Positions 29,060-42,094 of a stretch of 64,000 nt of DNA are shown in pieces; the first letter of the stretch is position 1; the number at the start of each line of letters is the position of its first letter. A program made the position numbers and the translations under genes. The DNA is from Eledone cirrhosa. Taxonomy: Eukaryota. The notes under the pieces are model-generated. The model saw only the letters and a list, made by a program, of their open reading frames with translations. It ran no database searches and had not been told where the DNA came from. Location of the stretch: the NCBI GenBank assembly GCA_964016885.1, contig OZ024741.1, forward strand, positions 496,001 through 560,000, read 5' to 3'.

Positions 29060-29635
29060 TTACATATCTCAGTCCATAATCTTTATTGATCATTGAAAAA
29101 GCCATTAGAATCTACACATTTTTACAAAGATTATAGAAGTTTATTTATTCAGGTAAAATCAAATTCTGAAGCTTCAAAGTCATTTTTTGCAACTGTTTCG
29201 TTGTTGAAGACTTTTCCTTACAAGAAGTTGTTGATACCCTTAAAAAAGTGATTGTCAGTTGATGAAATATCCAGTGCGTATATGACCTTCCATGTCATCA
29301 ACAGTGAATTCCCTTCAACAAAATGTTTGAAACCAAAATAGCACTGTACATTCATTAACACTTCCTTGGCCCTTCATTGATGTTTCTAGCCATTTGTACT
29401 GCAGCCAATTTTAAACTCATAGAAATGAATTTGGCAACAAATCCTGTTTGACTCTTAAATTCAATGATGTGAAAATTTAAACAAATGCAATTTATATTAA
29501 GAATAGATTCCATTAAAAGAACATAAAACAAGCTTTAATATATAATTTTACATATCTTGTGTGAGTTTTTCTTCTTAAAAAATGTTGAAGCATAAAAACA
29601 TAAAACCTGCATTAATTTTGGAACAAACTGATATT
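29060..29635 (-). mobile_element. Highly degenerate mariner-like remnant
   Basis: Minus-strand YALDISSTDNHF resembles the mariner YSPDLAPSDYHLF motif; TIR-like end near 29611-29633. Confidence 0.45.
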
Positions 29636-29877
29636 GTTTCTAATTGAGGTACAAGGCCACCAATTTTGGGAGCTGGGGAAGTTGATTAATCGACCCCAGT
29701 GCTTTACTGGCATCTTATTTTATTGACCCTATAAGGATGGAAGGCAAATCTAACCTCAGTGATATTTGAACTCAGAATGTAAAGGGCCATACCTAAATGC
29801 CGCGAAGCATGTTGCCCAGTGCTCCACCAATTCTGCCAATCCTCCATCCTTTTGAGCAAACTAATGTAATAAAATAC

Positions 29878-30185
29878 TAATAATAATGAAAATCATTGTG
29901 TACAGTGCTCAGGTGCACTACAACTCATCAAAAGTGCATGTGTAGTACATAGAATAATGTACAAATGTCAGGTAAGTGAACAGTATATGAGTCATGATAT
30001 ACACACAGATACACACATGCGTGCATGTGTATGGAGGGGGAATATCAGGTGTAGTGTTGGCAAATTTTGGGAACATGGAAGTTTTGGAGGATGCAGTGTC
30101 CCGACAGCTAACAACTGATGCAGGTAGTTTGTTCCATGCTTCAGCAACTCTGAGCGTGAAAAACTGTTTCCAAAAGTCATTTATC
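29878..30185 (-). mobile_element. CR1/L2-like LINE 3' end
   Basis: FFTLRVAEAWNKLPASVV is a typical CR1/L2 ORF2 C-terminal motif; (ATT)n tail at about 29878-29887. Confidence 0.7.
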
Positions 30186-30359
30186 ACTCTATTTCTCTTC
30201 CTTCACAATACCCATGTAATGTGGCATAGCATCCAATCTCTTTATATTCACTAACCCCAAACATCACCCTTTGAACCTCTAGCTACTCTAGCTATAACTC
30301 TCTCTCTCTCATATGATGCTTTATTGACATTTACCACTCTCTCTCTCTTACCATCACCC

Positions 30360-30970
30360 ATATCATCATTTAACGTCTATCTTCCACGCTAGCATGATTT
30401 AGACGGGTTTGTCCCATTTGAAGCAAGTTGGGTCTGGTGACCGTGTCTCGCTCATATAGGACTGTTTCTGGCTGGTTTTCTACGGCTGGATGCTCTTCCT
30501 AATGCCAACCATATTTACAGTGTGGGCTGGATATTGTGTGATACCAACATAACTTTACAGAGTAAGGGTGGTGTGGGGGTGTATATTGGATTGAGAGGTG
30601 CCTACTGAGCGTAAGTTTAAGTCTGTGTGCAAGAGAAGGCGCGTTTTCTGTATTACTGCATAGCACCAAAGATCTCGATCCTGTGTCATTGTCTTAAAGA
30701 GGTGCAATTGTGCAAGGTCAGCTTTTATCACCTCGTCCCAGGACTTTCTGGGTCTTCCATCAATTTTGATCATCTTGAACTTTTTTATACAGCTGTCATC
30801 CTTCATATGCATCACATGACCATACCAACATAATCTCCTCTCTAATAAACTGCATCTGATCCCTCTTGTGCCTAATTTTTCACTTAGTTCATTTACACTT
30901 TGCCATTTGTATATATTACTATTACACATCCATTGGAGCATGCAAGCTTCATTTCTTTCCAATCTGCACA
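30360..30970 (-). mobile_element. RTE LINE 3' fragment
   Basis: ORF 30555-31025 RLERNEACMLQWMC...RLCWYGHVMHM...GRPRKSW. Confidence 0.85.
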
Positions 30971-30977
30971 CTGCGCC

Positions 30978-32095
30978 ATTACTATCCACCACTAACCCTC
31001 CCCTCTCTCTCCCTCTTACCATCACCCATCTCTATTGCTATCCACCCCTCCCCTCTCTCTCCCTCTTACCTTCACCCATCTCTATTGCTATCCACCCCCC
31101 TCTTTCTCTCCCTCTTACCATCACCCATCTCTATTGCTATCCACCCCCTCTCTTTCTCTCCCTCTTACCATCACCCATCTCTATTGCTATCCACCCCCCC
31201 TCTTTCTCTCCCTCTTACCATCACCCATCTCTATTGCTATCCACCCCCTCTCTCCCTCTTACCATCACCCATCTCTATTGCTATCCACCCCCCTCTTTCT
31301 GTCCCTCTTACCATCACCCATCTCTATTGCTATCCACCCCCCTCTCTCTCTCCCTCTTACCATCACCCATCTCTATTGCTATCCACCCCCCTCTTTCCCT
31401 CCCTCTTACCATCACCCATCTCTATTGCTATCCACCCCCTCTTTCTCTCCCTCTTACCATCACCCATCCCTATTGCTATCCACCCCTCTCTCTCTCTCCC
31501 TCTTACCATCACCCATCTCTATTGCTATCCACCCCCCCTCTCTTTCTCTCCCTCTTACCATCTCCCATCTCTATTGCTATCCACCCTCCCCTCTTTCTCT
31601 CCCTCTTACCATCACCCATCTCTATTGCTATCCACCCCCACCCGCTCTTTCTCTCCCTCTTACCATCACCCATCTCTATTGCTATCCACCCCCACCCCCT
31701 CTTTCTCTCCCTCTTACCATCACCCATCTCTATTGCTATCCACTCCCTCTTTCTCTCCCTCTTACTATCACCCATCTCTATTGCTATCCACCCCCCCCTC
31801 TTTCTCTCCCTCTTACCATCACCCATCTCTATTGCTATCCACCCCCCTCTTTCTCTCCCTCTTACTATCACCCATCTCTATTGCTATCCACCCCCCCTCT
31901 CTTTCTCTCCCTCTTACCATCTCCCATCTCTATTGCTATCCACCTCCCACCCCTCTTTCTCTCCCTCTTACCATCGCCCATCTTTATTGCTATCCAACCC
32001 CCCTCTTTCTCTCCCTCTTACCATCACCCATCTCTATTGCTATCCACCCCCCCCTCTTTCTCTCCCTCTTACCATCGCCCATATCTATTGCTAGC
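30978..32095. repeat. Minisatellite, about 50-55 bp unit (CCCTCTTACCATCACCCATCTCTATTGCTATCCACCCCC...TTTCTCT), about 21 copies
   Basis: Directly visible tandem array; unit length varies in the C/CT tract. Confidence 0.97.
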
Positions 32096-32463
32096 CCATT
32101 ATGTCATTCATGATATTTTCTATTCAATCTCTTTAGCAACAACCATCATGTAGCTATCACTTCCTCCTTTACCACCCTATTATTGCTTTCCTTATCATGC
32201 TGGAGAAAGAGAACTCTTAAGTCATGGAAGGGATAAAGTAACTTTTCAGGTACTGGTGTCCTGATAAAATGAACCCTGTACATTTTGTAAAGTGGACCAA
32301 CAAGGAATAAATTAGCAAGATATTGTCCTTCAAGTCATCCATATCTGATATAAAGTCCAGACCATGTTTTTATGTTAATTTTTTTCTGATGTTGTTTTTG
32401 TCTTTGTTTACCCTTGGTTGATCAAAGAGTTAACCTAGTATTTCATTTCTATTATTACATCAG

Positions 32464-32582
32464 GTCATAACTTTGGTAGTGAACATGACCCAGGAGCGGG
32501 CATATGTGCCCCTTCATCCTTTGAAGATGGCAAATACGTCATGTATCCCTTTGCTGTCTCAGGTTATGAATTAAACAACTGG
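32464..32582 (+). CDS. ADAM17: ADAM17-like exon C ([40 protein letters not shown])
   Basis: CATCAG acceptor and GTGAGT donor; second and third zinc His plus the Met-turn GKYVMYP.AVSG typical of ADAM17; phase 1 in, phase 0 out. Confidence 0.95.
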
Positions 32583-34920
32583 GTGAGTGGTTTATTTTAT
32601 TTTTATTTTATTTTTTTTACATCTTATTCTGTCTTCTTTGTTTTATTATTATCATCATTGTTTAACATCTATTTTCCATGCTTGCATGGCTTAGACGAGT
32701 TGTCACATAATGAAGCCAGGCAGGTTACGTGATCACATCCTGCTCATTCAATCTGATTTTGGCTGAGATTTCTATGGCTTGATGCCCTTCTTAACACCAA
32801 CCATATTGCAGCATGTACTGGGAACATAGCACCAGCACCTTATAGGGTGAACTGGGTGCTTTTATAATGGCACCAGTACAACCAACTTTACACACTTGAC
32901 AGGGGGCTTTTCTCTCGTCTTACAAGCATGACTACCTTACAAAGTCGACTGGGTTCTTTTTGTTGTGAAATCAATGCTTCCACCATACTTCATAATTTCA
33001 TTATTGTTGTTGTTGTCTTCATTGTACATTTCATCACACACCAGCTCTATCATCATCATCATTACCATCTTCACTACCATCAACATGCACAGTAAACAAG
33101 CCCATAAGGGTGGCTTTACATAGTCTGTTGACTTGCTAGAAATAGCTGTTAAATTTAAAAGCTAAGATATGAAATGATGTAATCCAAGATATCCAGTCAT
33201 CTCTACCAAAAAAAAATGACATGACAGTCATGGTTGGAATGCTTTTTGATCATATGTCTAGAGCACCAACAGCAAAACATGCAGGAAGCCTGTTCATTTT
33301 CATATTTTTGTTCAGCCTGCTTGAAATATTAGCCAGATCTCCCTCAAATTACACTCTACCATTTTATAAAAAGGAAGGACGCATTGCAAAATGTGATCCT
33401 AGAAATGCAACCAGTACACTCTGTAAAGTGGTTGCAGATAGGAAGAGCATCCAACTGTAGAAAATGTGTTAAACAAAGGGTTGCAACAATTCTTCAGTTG
33501 TGTAAAAGACGTGACAACTTCTCCATTGCTGGTGACATTCAGTAGAGTGAGGGATTTAAGTGTAGGCCTCAAATCTGCCAAAGCACTTCATGGAGTGTGG
33601 GAACATAACTGAAATTCAAATCCTTGGCTCATCTGAGAGGTCAGTAACTCCATTTCAATACTGACTTGGTTTGTGCTGACCCATTTAACCTTTGCTAGCA
33701 AGGAAAGTGGATATTAAATGATGATGTGACTGTCTTGACTGGAACACCTGGGCCTAAACAACAGCAGCAATAATAACAGTTGTAAATAAAGCACTCAATA
33801 TCCTTGATAGGGATATTATATTGATCAATACATTGGTCAGATTGACTTCTACCACAGGTCACACAATTTGACTGCATGTGGATGAGCCTAATTTTGAGTT
33901 TGGTCTTGCCAAAGCATCTTTCCTGAGAATGTACTGGTGTCATAAATATGGTATTCACAAAATTAATTTTCAATTAGGGAACCTCTGTATTTTTACTTCC
34001 TTATTTTTTACAGCTTAATTGGGGAGGGAGGAAGGATGGTATCAATGACCCTATATTTTTTAGTGTATCTGGGAGTATTGGGAGAAAGGAAGGAAGTTGT
34101 CCTCAAACCAAAGACCTTGTCTGAATGCTTGAAATAAAATAAACTGCGTTAAAGACACCCAAGGACCAGGCGAAGGTGTTAAACTAGGTGATATATTAAG
34201 TCCATCATCCAACAACTCAAGATACAAAAAGTTGGGACATATACCACAAAGCATCTTGCCTAACATTCTAATTGTTCTGTTAATCCACTGCTCTGGTCTC
34301 GTACTTTATCAACTTCAAAAGGATGGAAGGCAAATTTGATCTTGGTTGGTTTTATACTATGATCTAATGACTCCGCTAATTCACCATCTATGGTTTGTTT
34401 ACCTGCTAAAAATAGTAGCTAAATCTCCCTCAAAACTCACACTACTATCTTTTTTTTTTTAAAGGAAAGGAAAGAAGACATTGAATAAATGAAGAAAAGA
34501 CAGGAGGGTTAGAATGGAACATCTTTAGGTCTGCTGGTTCAGTGCTGAACTGAAACTAAACACTTAACAATAAATGTGAAAAATTAACTTTATCATTCAA
34601 AATGTTAGGTTAGTTTTCAGCTTGTGCTGTGAAGTAATGGTAGCTGGAGATTGAGGCCTAGCAATTCTACCTCCAATAATTAAAGTTGCTACAGAAATGA
34701 TGAAAGTTACTCAATGCCCCATTTATAGATGAAGAAAAGGAATTGATAAAATAAGTAGCTGACATGATGGACTAACCATAGTTGAAGGTGATGCCTCACC
34801 ATAGTCATAGTTCAATGATTGAAACCTGTAAAACATTAATATATATATAACAATAAGTTTAATATAAATGTGCTAAACATAATATTTTTACTATTTTTTG
34901 CTTTTATTTTTTGTTTCCAG

Positions 34921-34990
34921 AAATTTTCACCTTGCAGCAAGAAATTTGTAACGAAAGTATTGTTAGAAAAAGCTAATTTATGTTTTGCAG
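34921..34990 (+). CDS. ADAM17: ADAM17-like exon D (KFSPCSKKFVTKVLLEKANLCFA)
   Basis: Long T tract plus CCAG acceptor, GTATAA donor; FS.CS...KA..CF ends the catalytic domain; phase 0 in, phase 1 out. Confidence 0.92.
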
Positions 34991-35064
34991 GTATAATCAA
35001 TTTGTAATTTTTGTATTTTTTTATATGTTCAATATGTTCTCAACACATATAAAGTGGCAGTGAT

Positions 35065-35790
35065 GTCACAATCATCATAATGACCAGCAACACCACAACC
35101 ATCATCAATATCACCAAACTACCACCATCAACACCAACATCGCAACCATTACCATCAGCATCATCAACACAACCACCATCAGCAACACCAACATCGCAAC
35201 AAACATCATCACAACCACCACCAATACCACAGCAACCATCATCACCCACCACAACAACCACCATCACCCGCAACCACCACCATCACCCGCAACCACCACC
35301 ATCACCTCCAACATTACAACCACCAACACCACAACCATCAACACCAACATCACAACCACCATCACCACAACCACTACCATCACCACCAATACCACAACAA
35401 CCATCATCACCACCAATACCACAACAACCAGCAACACCATAACAACCACCATCACCAATAATATAACAACCAACAGCGCCACCATCAACACAACACCAAC
35501 ATCACAACAACCATCACCACCACTAACATCACAACAATCATTACAACAACCACCACCAACACAACATCAACACCATCATCACCACCACCATCGCATCCAC
35601 CTTCATCACCACCAACAACAACATTACCACCACCACCATCACATCTACCACCAACAACAACATTACCACCACCACCACCACCACCATCACATCCACCACC
35701 ACCACCATCACATCCACCACCACCACCATCACATCCACCACCATCACATCCACCACCACCAACACCACCGCCACCATCATCATCAACAAC
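35065..35790. repeat. (CAC/CAA/CAT)n low-complexity tract
   Basis: Degenerate trinucleotide repeat filling most of the intron between exons D and E. Confidence 0.95.
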
Positions 35791-35828
35791 ACTGACATAT
35801 AAATAACTTTACCATTTCTCATTCACAG

Positions 35829-35967
35829 CTAGAACAGAGTACATATGTGGAAATGGTAAAATAGATAAAGATCATGGTGAAGAGTGTGATGTAGGTTATC
35901 TGAGTTCCTTGAGTAAAGGCAAATGTTGTACAATAAAATGTCGCTTTACTCCTGGAGCTCAATGCAG
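35829..35967 (+). CDS. ADAM17: ADAM17-like exon E, disintegrin start (ARTEYICGNGKIDKDHGEECDVGYLSSLSKGKCCTIKCRFTPGAQC)
   Basis: CACAG acceptor and GTATGA donor; CGN...GEECD.G...CC...C....GAQCS disintegrin pattern; phase 1 in, phase 2 out. Confidence 0.94.
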
Positions 35968-36474
35968 GTATGATATTTTCATTTGGTGTTGTGGTTATAG
36001 AAAGGGCATCCAATCATAGAAGGACACATTGCAAAGAAAGTGTGATCCTAGCACCCAGTACACTCTACAATGTGGTTGCTGGTAAGAAGGACATCCAGCT
36101 GTAGAAAACCTGGTTGGGAGGACCCTTTCGTTGTGTAAAAGATATGACATCTTCCCTAGTGCTGGTGCCATGATAAAATACACTGTGTAGAGCCATATTC
36201 AAATGTTCTCCCCCTTCAACCTATTAATTGTCATTCTCTTTCAAATCAGATTGAATGACCACATAAACATTTCTTTATTATGAAATATATATTATTATGC
36301 ACATAATATGTATTGCACTACCTTAGGTTTTAAGGCACACATGTGGCAGCAATTGCAGACTGCACATGGCAGTACGGAATATGAGTGTTATCATTGTTGT
36401 TGCATATTTATATTTTTCTTACACATATTGCTTATATAAGAAATCATTTCTTCATTCATATATTCCTTTTTCAG

Positions 36475-36582
36475 TCCCTTAAACCATGAATGCTGTACCA
36501 ACAATTGTACGTTTGCACATCAAGGTGTTGTATGTCGATCACTTCAAGAAGCATCTATTTGTCTCCAGAATTCCAGCTGTAC
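36475..36582 (+). CDS. ADAM17: ADAM17-like exon F (SPLNHECCTNNCTFAHQGVVCRSLQEASICLQNSSCT)
   Basis: TTTTTCAG acceptor; ends at a U12-type donor ATATCCTTT; disintegrin cysteine spacing; phase 2/phase 2. Confidence 0.9.
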
Positions 36583-38716
36583 ATATCCTTTATCTAGTCT
36601 TCACATGTCTTCTGTGTTTTACCTCAAAGTTTATTGCTGGATTTTTTAAATTTTATATAGACTCTGGGGGCTGAGTGATAGCACTACATATTTTATTTTA
36701 TATAGACTCTGGGGGCTGAGTGATAGTACTACATATTTTATATTTGCTGTGATCTACTCTTGAGATATGTTGTTGGTGCAAGATTCCAGTCAGAAAATTT
36801 TCCAGATGACTTAGTTGGGAAATAGTACTGTAGATGGGACTGTAAAAGCTAGAAAGGCATGTCTGGAAAGACTGGAAGAAAGAGGTCAACAAAGACCAAT
36901 ATGAATTAGCTAGATAACAAGTTTATATAGAACAGAGAGGAGCTAAAACCTGGAGGTTTGTCAATGTACAACTTGAGGATCAGAGGCATGTGATATTCTG
37001 GTTTGCAATGCAGTGTGGCAAGTGTGATTCAAAACATTGGGAAAATGTGTGTTCAGAATGACAGTAGTGCATATATCCTCACCAATCCTCAGAAGAAAGA
37101 TCTTGAAAATGTTACTTCAAGAGGTTAATGAATGTGGAGAGTGACTACATTCAGTTGATCTACCAGAGTGATCAGCTATCAAAGTTAACAGTTCTTTAAT
37201 CACAGGACATGAAAAAGGGAAAAGCTGCTGGACCATCAGAGATAGTTGTGACAAAAATATTTGGTGAACTAGGGCTTCACACAGTCAACCATGTAGTATA
37301 CAATGGTGTCATTGACAATGGCTGTCAGAGCAGAATAACCATTCTACAAAAGGAGATGTACTAGGAGGATCAACTACCACATTAAATTGAAGGATCAACT
37401 ACATTAAACTGATGGATCAAGTACAACATTAAACTGATGGATCAAGTACAACATTAAACTGATGGATCAAGTACAACATTAAACTGATGGATCAAGTTGT
37501 GAAAGTAGCAGAAAGAGTTGTAGTATAAAAAAAAATTGTGGAAAGAATCAGTTTAGATTTGATACTGTTTAATTTAGTGCCAGGAAAGAGGTCCACCAAT
37601 AAATCTCAATTCTCAATCCACTTTTGTTTATTATAAAGTACTTTAGGACATAAAAGAAGAGTTTAAGACCATTTGTCAATTGAGAAGACAAGTGTCTCAT
37701 TTTTCGCAACACTGATTTTAATTCCAGCAATACAGCACTCGGCATCAAACTTATCAAGTGCAAGTCAGAGATTACCTTCTATTGAGTTAAGTAACACCAT
37801 GTCACTTGCAAATTCCAGCTGACGTATTTTACACCTGCTAATTGTGATACCGCTTTCAACCCGGCTGCACATATCAATCTTGTTCGTGAAAATAATGAAC
37901 AGAAGAGGTGACAGTACGCACCATTAGCGGAATCTGACTTCCACATTGAATGTTTTCGATTTAGTACCATTTATCCAACCACAAATACTTGAGCATTTGT
38001 ATAGAGACATCAGGGCAGCTAGAAGCTGACCATCAATCCCATACTCCTGCACAACTTTCCACAGCAGGTCCTGGGAAACACGATCATATCCATCTAACCC
38101 ATGCTAGCATGGAGGAACGGACGTAAAACGAAAATAAGAATATACCTCTTGGCATGATTTCTCAAAGACCTGCTGCAGTGTGAAGATTTAGTTGGCTGTG
38201 TTGTGTCTGGCGCAAAAACCTTCTATAGAAGATCTAGAGAAGAAATTCCACATGTGAAACAAAACCTAGGACGGAACAGCCTATACTCGGTCATATATCT
38301 GGTACACTACATGTGTTGTTTCCTTGAGCAGGACACTTTATTTCACATTGTCCAGTTTACTCAGCTGTAGAAATGAGATGATAGGACTGGAGTCCCTATC
38401 GTTCCACTGCAAAGTGGTCGTGGAGGTGCCACGGCAAAAAAGCACCCAGCACTCACTGTAAATGAGGTTGGTGATAGGAAGGGTATTCAACTGTAGAAAT
38501 CAAGCCAGAATCAGTTCCTGTATGAGCAAGACAAGGTCAGCTGACCGGACACTGCCCACAACAGGACAACCCGTCTAACCCATGCTAGCGTGGAAGAACG
38601 GACGTAAAACGGTGATGATGACTACACTCTCTTAACCAATTGCTACTCTCATCCATTCTACTAATTTTTCATCTTTTTAATATAAATTATTCTGGAAATT
38701 TCCTTAACATTACTAC
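36583..38716 (+). other. U12-type (minor spliceosome) AT-AC intron
   Basis: 5' site ATATCCTTT at 36583-36591; branch site TTTCCTTAAC at 38699-38708; terminal AC at 38715-38716; splicing restores C-T-G in frame. Confidence 0.9.
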
Positions 38717-38779
38717 TGGTCTGAATTCCAGTTGTCCCAAATCAGCGTTCAAAGCAGATTACACTGAGTGTCTAGACAA
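38717..38779 (+). CDS. ADAM17: ADAM17-like exon G (TGLNSSCPKSAFKADYTECLD)
   Basis: Follows the U12 branch point and AC acceptor; GTAAGT donor at 38780; matches G.SS.CP......D.T.CLD of ADAM17. Confidence 0.9.
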
Positions 38780-38927
38780 GTAAGTATGACAATTTCCACT
38801 CTCTCTCTCCCTGGCTGGGTCATCTTTTTCTTGAGACAACATTGACTAGAGAGAACTTGTTTGCCTTGCAGAGGACATGGCAATCTCACTAATACGGTGA
38901 CATGATAATATGCACTTAGTATGGGGC

Positions 38928-40078
38928 GGAGGGGATTTAAGAAGTTTGTGGAAAAATAGAATGAAATGAAAACCATTTTGTTAAAGGTTTATTTTTTCAC
39001 TGTAGCACAATCAACATCAAGGTACTTTTGTAAGCAATGATACCAGCCATTTATACCATCCTGATAGAACTGAGAATTTAAACATGTCAAACTAGCTGTT
39101 TTTACATCTCAAATCAGGTACTTTTAAAAAAATTTTAAGTTTAGGAAATAAAAAAATTTGGAAGTTGCTTAATCAGGATTGTAGGGTGGATGTCTAATAA
39201 TTTTCCCCTTGTTTGATGAGGGGAATGAACAGGAGTATTGCCGTCGTGGAAAATAACTCTGATGAAGTTTTCCAATGTGCTAAATTTCTGGCTAAAACTT
39301 AAGCAAATGTTACTCTTTTTCTTCCCTCTAAGAAGTCAACAAACAAAATGCCCCCCCCCCCCCCCCCCACATTCCCAAAAGACAGTTGCCATAACCTTTC
39401 CTCCTAAACAGCTCACTCTTGATCAAACCCTTTCTGCCTTTAGGTAACCATTGCTTTAACTGATCTTTGTCTTCAGGATTGTACTGGTAAAACCATATTT
39501 CATCTCCTGCCACAAATTAATCTCAGAAAGCCTTCTGAATTTTGATCCAATTTATTTAAAATTTCTAAAGAAATCTCTACTCTTGTTTATTGTTGATCCG
39601 AGCACAAGTCTTGACACCAAGTGGGCAGAAAATTTGCTCAGCTGTAATTTATCACTTAAAATTGTATGAACTGAACTAACAGAGGTGTCTAAGGTGTGAG
39701 CTATTCTTCTGCTGTTAATCATTGATCTCCAATTAAATCTCAAACAGCATCGATATTTTTTTTATTCTTCACAAATGATGTTGATGGCCTACCGGTTTGT
39801 TCATCATCTTCAACTCCATCTCAGCCTTCTTTGAAATGAGTCATCCATTTGTAAATTGCTAATTTTTTAAGGGAAGTATCTCTATAAATTTGTTATTGGT
39901 TCTTGTTTCATTTTGATAGAAGACATGATATAAATTACAAATTAAGCTCCAAATTACTTGTGGATCATACAGGTTAGAACACATGTGTTCATGTTTAAGT
40001 TGCTGCAATCAAGTAGTAAAATATTTGCATAGTGTTCTTATAAAAGACATTTTCCACAAACTTTTTGAATGTCCGTCA
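38928..40078 (-). mobile_element. Degenerate mariner (Tc1/mariner) DNA transposon with imperfect TIRs
   Basis: VAGDEIWFYQYNPEDKDQLKQW (first catalytic Asp region) and HTH-like RRIAHTLDTSVSSVHTIL; AAGTTTGTGGAAA near 38942 and TTTCCACAAACTT near 40051 are inverted. Confidence 0.75.
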
Positions 40079-41173
40079 TTCAGTCTTCAAAATGTTTGAA
40101 CAAATAGACAAGATAGGGTAAAGAATACTCTTTAGTCATGTTGAGTACATGACAACCTATCTAATGCACCCAGTACACTCTGTATAGTGGATGGTATTAG
40201 GAAGGATATCCAGCCATAATAACCATGCCAAAAATAGAATGTAGAAACATGGTTCTTCAACCCATCTAAGAAGGCTGTAACTCCAAATAAAAACTGACTT
40301 GAACTGCAATGTTCCATTCAATCCAAAGCAAATGTAAAATGATGGTGATATATATTGATTCTATAGACACATCATCATCATTATCATCTTCATTTAACAC
40401 CTATTTTCACAGCAAGAATCTTTAGGTATGACAGTATATAAGTTATGTTTTACCTTTATACAGGTTCAACAGCTTGTATATAGAAATCAGTTATTTTTTT
40501 GTAGTCTCAGTGTTATTAATGTTATTGTATAAATTTTGGTTTGGTTAGTGTATTAGTTTCAGAAAGAGATACAGAGGTTTGTTTGAATGTCAGCCCTGAG
40601 TTTTATAGTCAAATGGTTGGTGGCTAAACTGGCTCCCTAACCAGACCCTGGCCTGCTGAGGAGGGTCAGTTGAACCTCAGCAGCACAAAAAAACAAGAGC
40701 TGTTAAAAGGGCAGATGAACTCCTCTGTCACAGGCCATCCACTGTAACAATGGGTTAAATAGCCTCACCAACCTGCAGTTGGCCAAGCTTGGTGAGTACG
40801 TATACACCCCTGATATGATCAAAACCAAACAGAAAGTGGTGGAGGTCAGCCAAGGAGGGAGTACTTTAACAGGAGTGGGAAGGCCTTGGATTAATTTACT
40901 GGGTATACTTGTGTATTTGTAAGTTTGTGCATAGATGCTTATGTGTGTATGGTGGCAGGTTGTTCTGGAAGTTAGTATTTTAATTGCTGTGCTATGTTCA
41001 TACCAATGTGCAGTGAATTGGTAATCATGAAAACATTCAATAGATTGTATTTGATCCAGTTCTCTGCTCTCTTTCAAATTCCGCCGAGGTTAACTTTACC
41101 TTTCATCTTTTTGAGCTTCATAAATTACCAGTCCAATACTGGGTTTAATTCTTCCTCTAAATCTCTTTTTCAC

Positions 41174-41241
<68 letters not shown>

Positions 41242-41747
41242 TTCTCTTCAGGCCAGGAGAAGAGTGAGTTCTTCCTGATTTAAAAGCACCATCTGTCATG
41301 ATTGAACCCTTACAACACCATCAGGAGTTACATGCCCATACATACATGTTCACACCATTTTCTTGTCTTAATATCTTTTATGATACCATATACTTCTGTT
41401 TGTTTTCTCATCCATGAACCCTTGATGCTAAACTGCCCCTGTTTCTATGATATCAAACTATTTGTTTTAAAGTGTTTATATTTATCTAAAAACCTTCCAT
41501 CATAATTTTATATAAGAACCTTTGTTAAGTTATATTCCATATACCAGCTGAGTAATGAGAAAAATAGTTATTCTAATTCTTCTTGATTATTTTCAAAATA
41601 ATTTGAAAACCGTAAGTAATGTGTTCCATTAGAAATTTGTTAACAAAAGTGTTAACAAGTTTTTCATCCTTTCTAGTTCTTCCTAACATCTGTCTTTCCA
41701 TATTTCTTTGTATTCTTCTAAGTTTTTGCTTTTTCTTTGTTTTATAG

Positions 41748-41821
41748 AGGCAAGTGTTTGAAAGGAAAATGTCTATCTTTCTGTGAAGCTCGCAATTTGA
41801 ATTCATGTATCTGTGACGCTG
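41748..41821 (+). CDS. ADAM17: ADAM17-like exon H (KGKCLKGKCLSFCEARNLNSCICDA), start of membrane-proximal domain
   Basis: Long pyrimidine tract plus TAG acceptor, GTAAGA donor; GKC..GKC..FCE....SC.C matches ADAM17; phase 2 in, phase 1 out. Confidence 0.93.
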
Positions 41822-42094
41822 GTAAGATGGTTATTTTGTCTAAATACATACTAACTTGTAGTTTAGGAGAAAATATCTAAATATGGGGTTTGTTAATTCG
41901 TATGTTTCTAATATCTTTACTAGTAGACAGATCATTGTGACATTTTGTAATATTGGACTAAAGACTGTAAACTTTAATATGATATAGTCATAATTCTGTT
42001 TTATACTTTTTCAAGAATATTTTTTACTAGTGCAGTTTCATGCAGTACAGGACATTAACAGTTAAATATAATTTAGTCTTTTGATTATCCACAA

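Noticed and set aside
30866-32153. Three long overlapping ORFs (372-415 aa) and a CRISPR-like repeat appearance
   Set aside because: They are translations of a stop-free minisatellite; there are no unique spacers or cas genes and the context is eukaryotic.
25744-32582. ADAM17 copy as a pseudogene or inactive protease lacking the catalytic Glu
   Set aside because: The 6-nt exon at 26804-26809 restores the motif and all nine exons are stop-free and phase-compatible.
40650-40686. CTGAGGA-containing hairpin as a hammerhead
   Set aside because: No GAAA core follows; it is a simple short inverted repeat (TGCTGAGG/CCTCAGCA).
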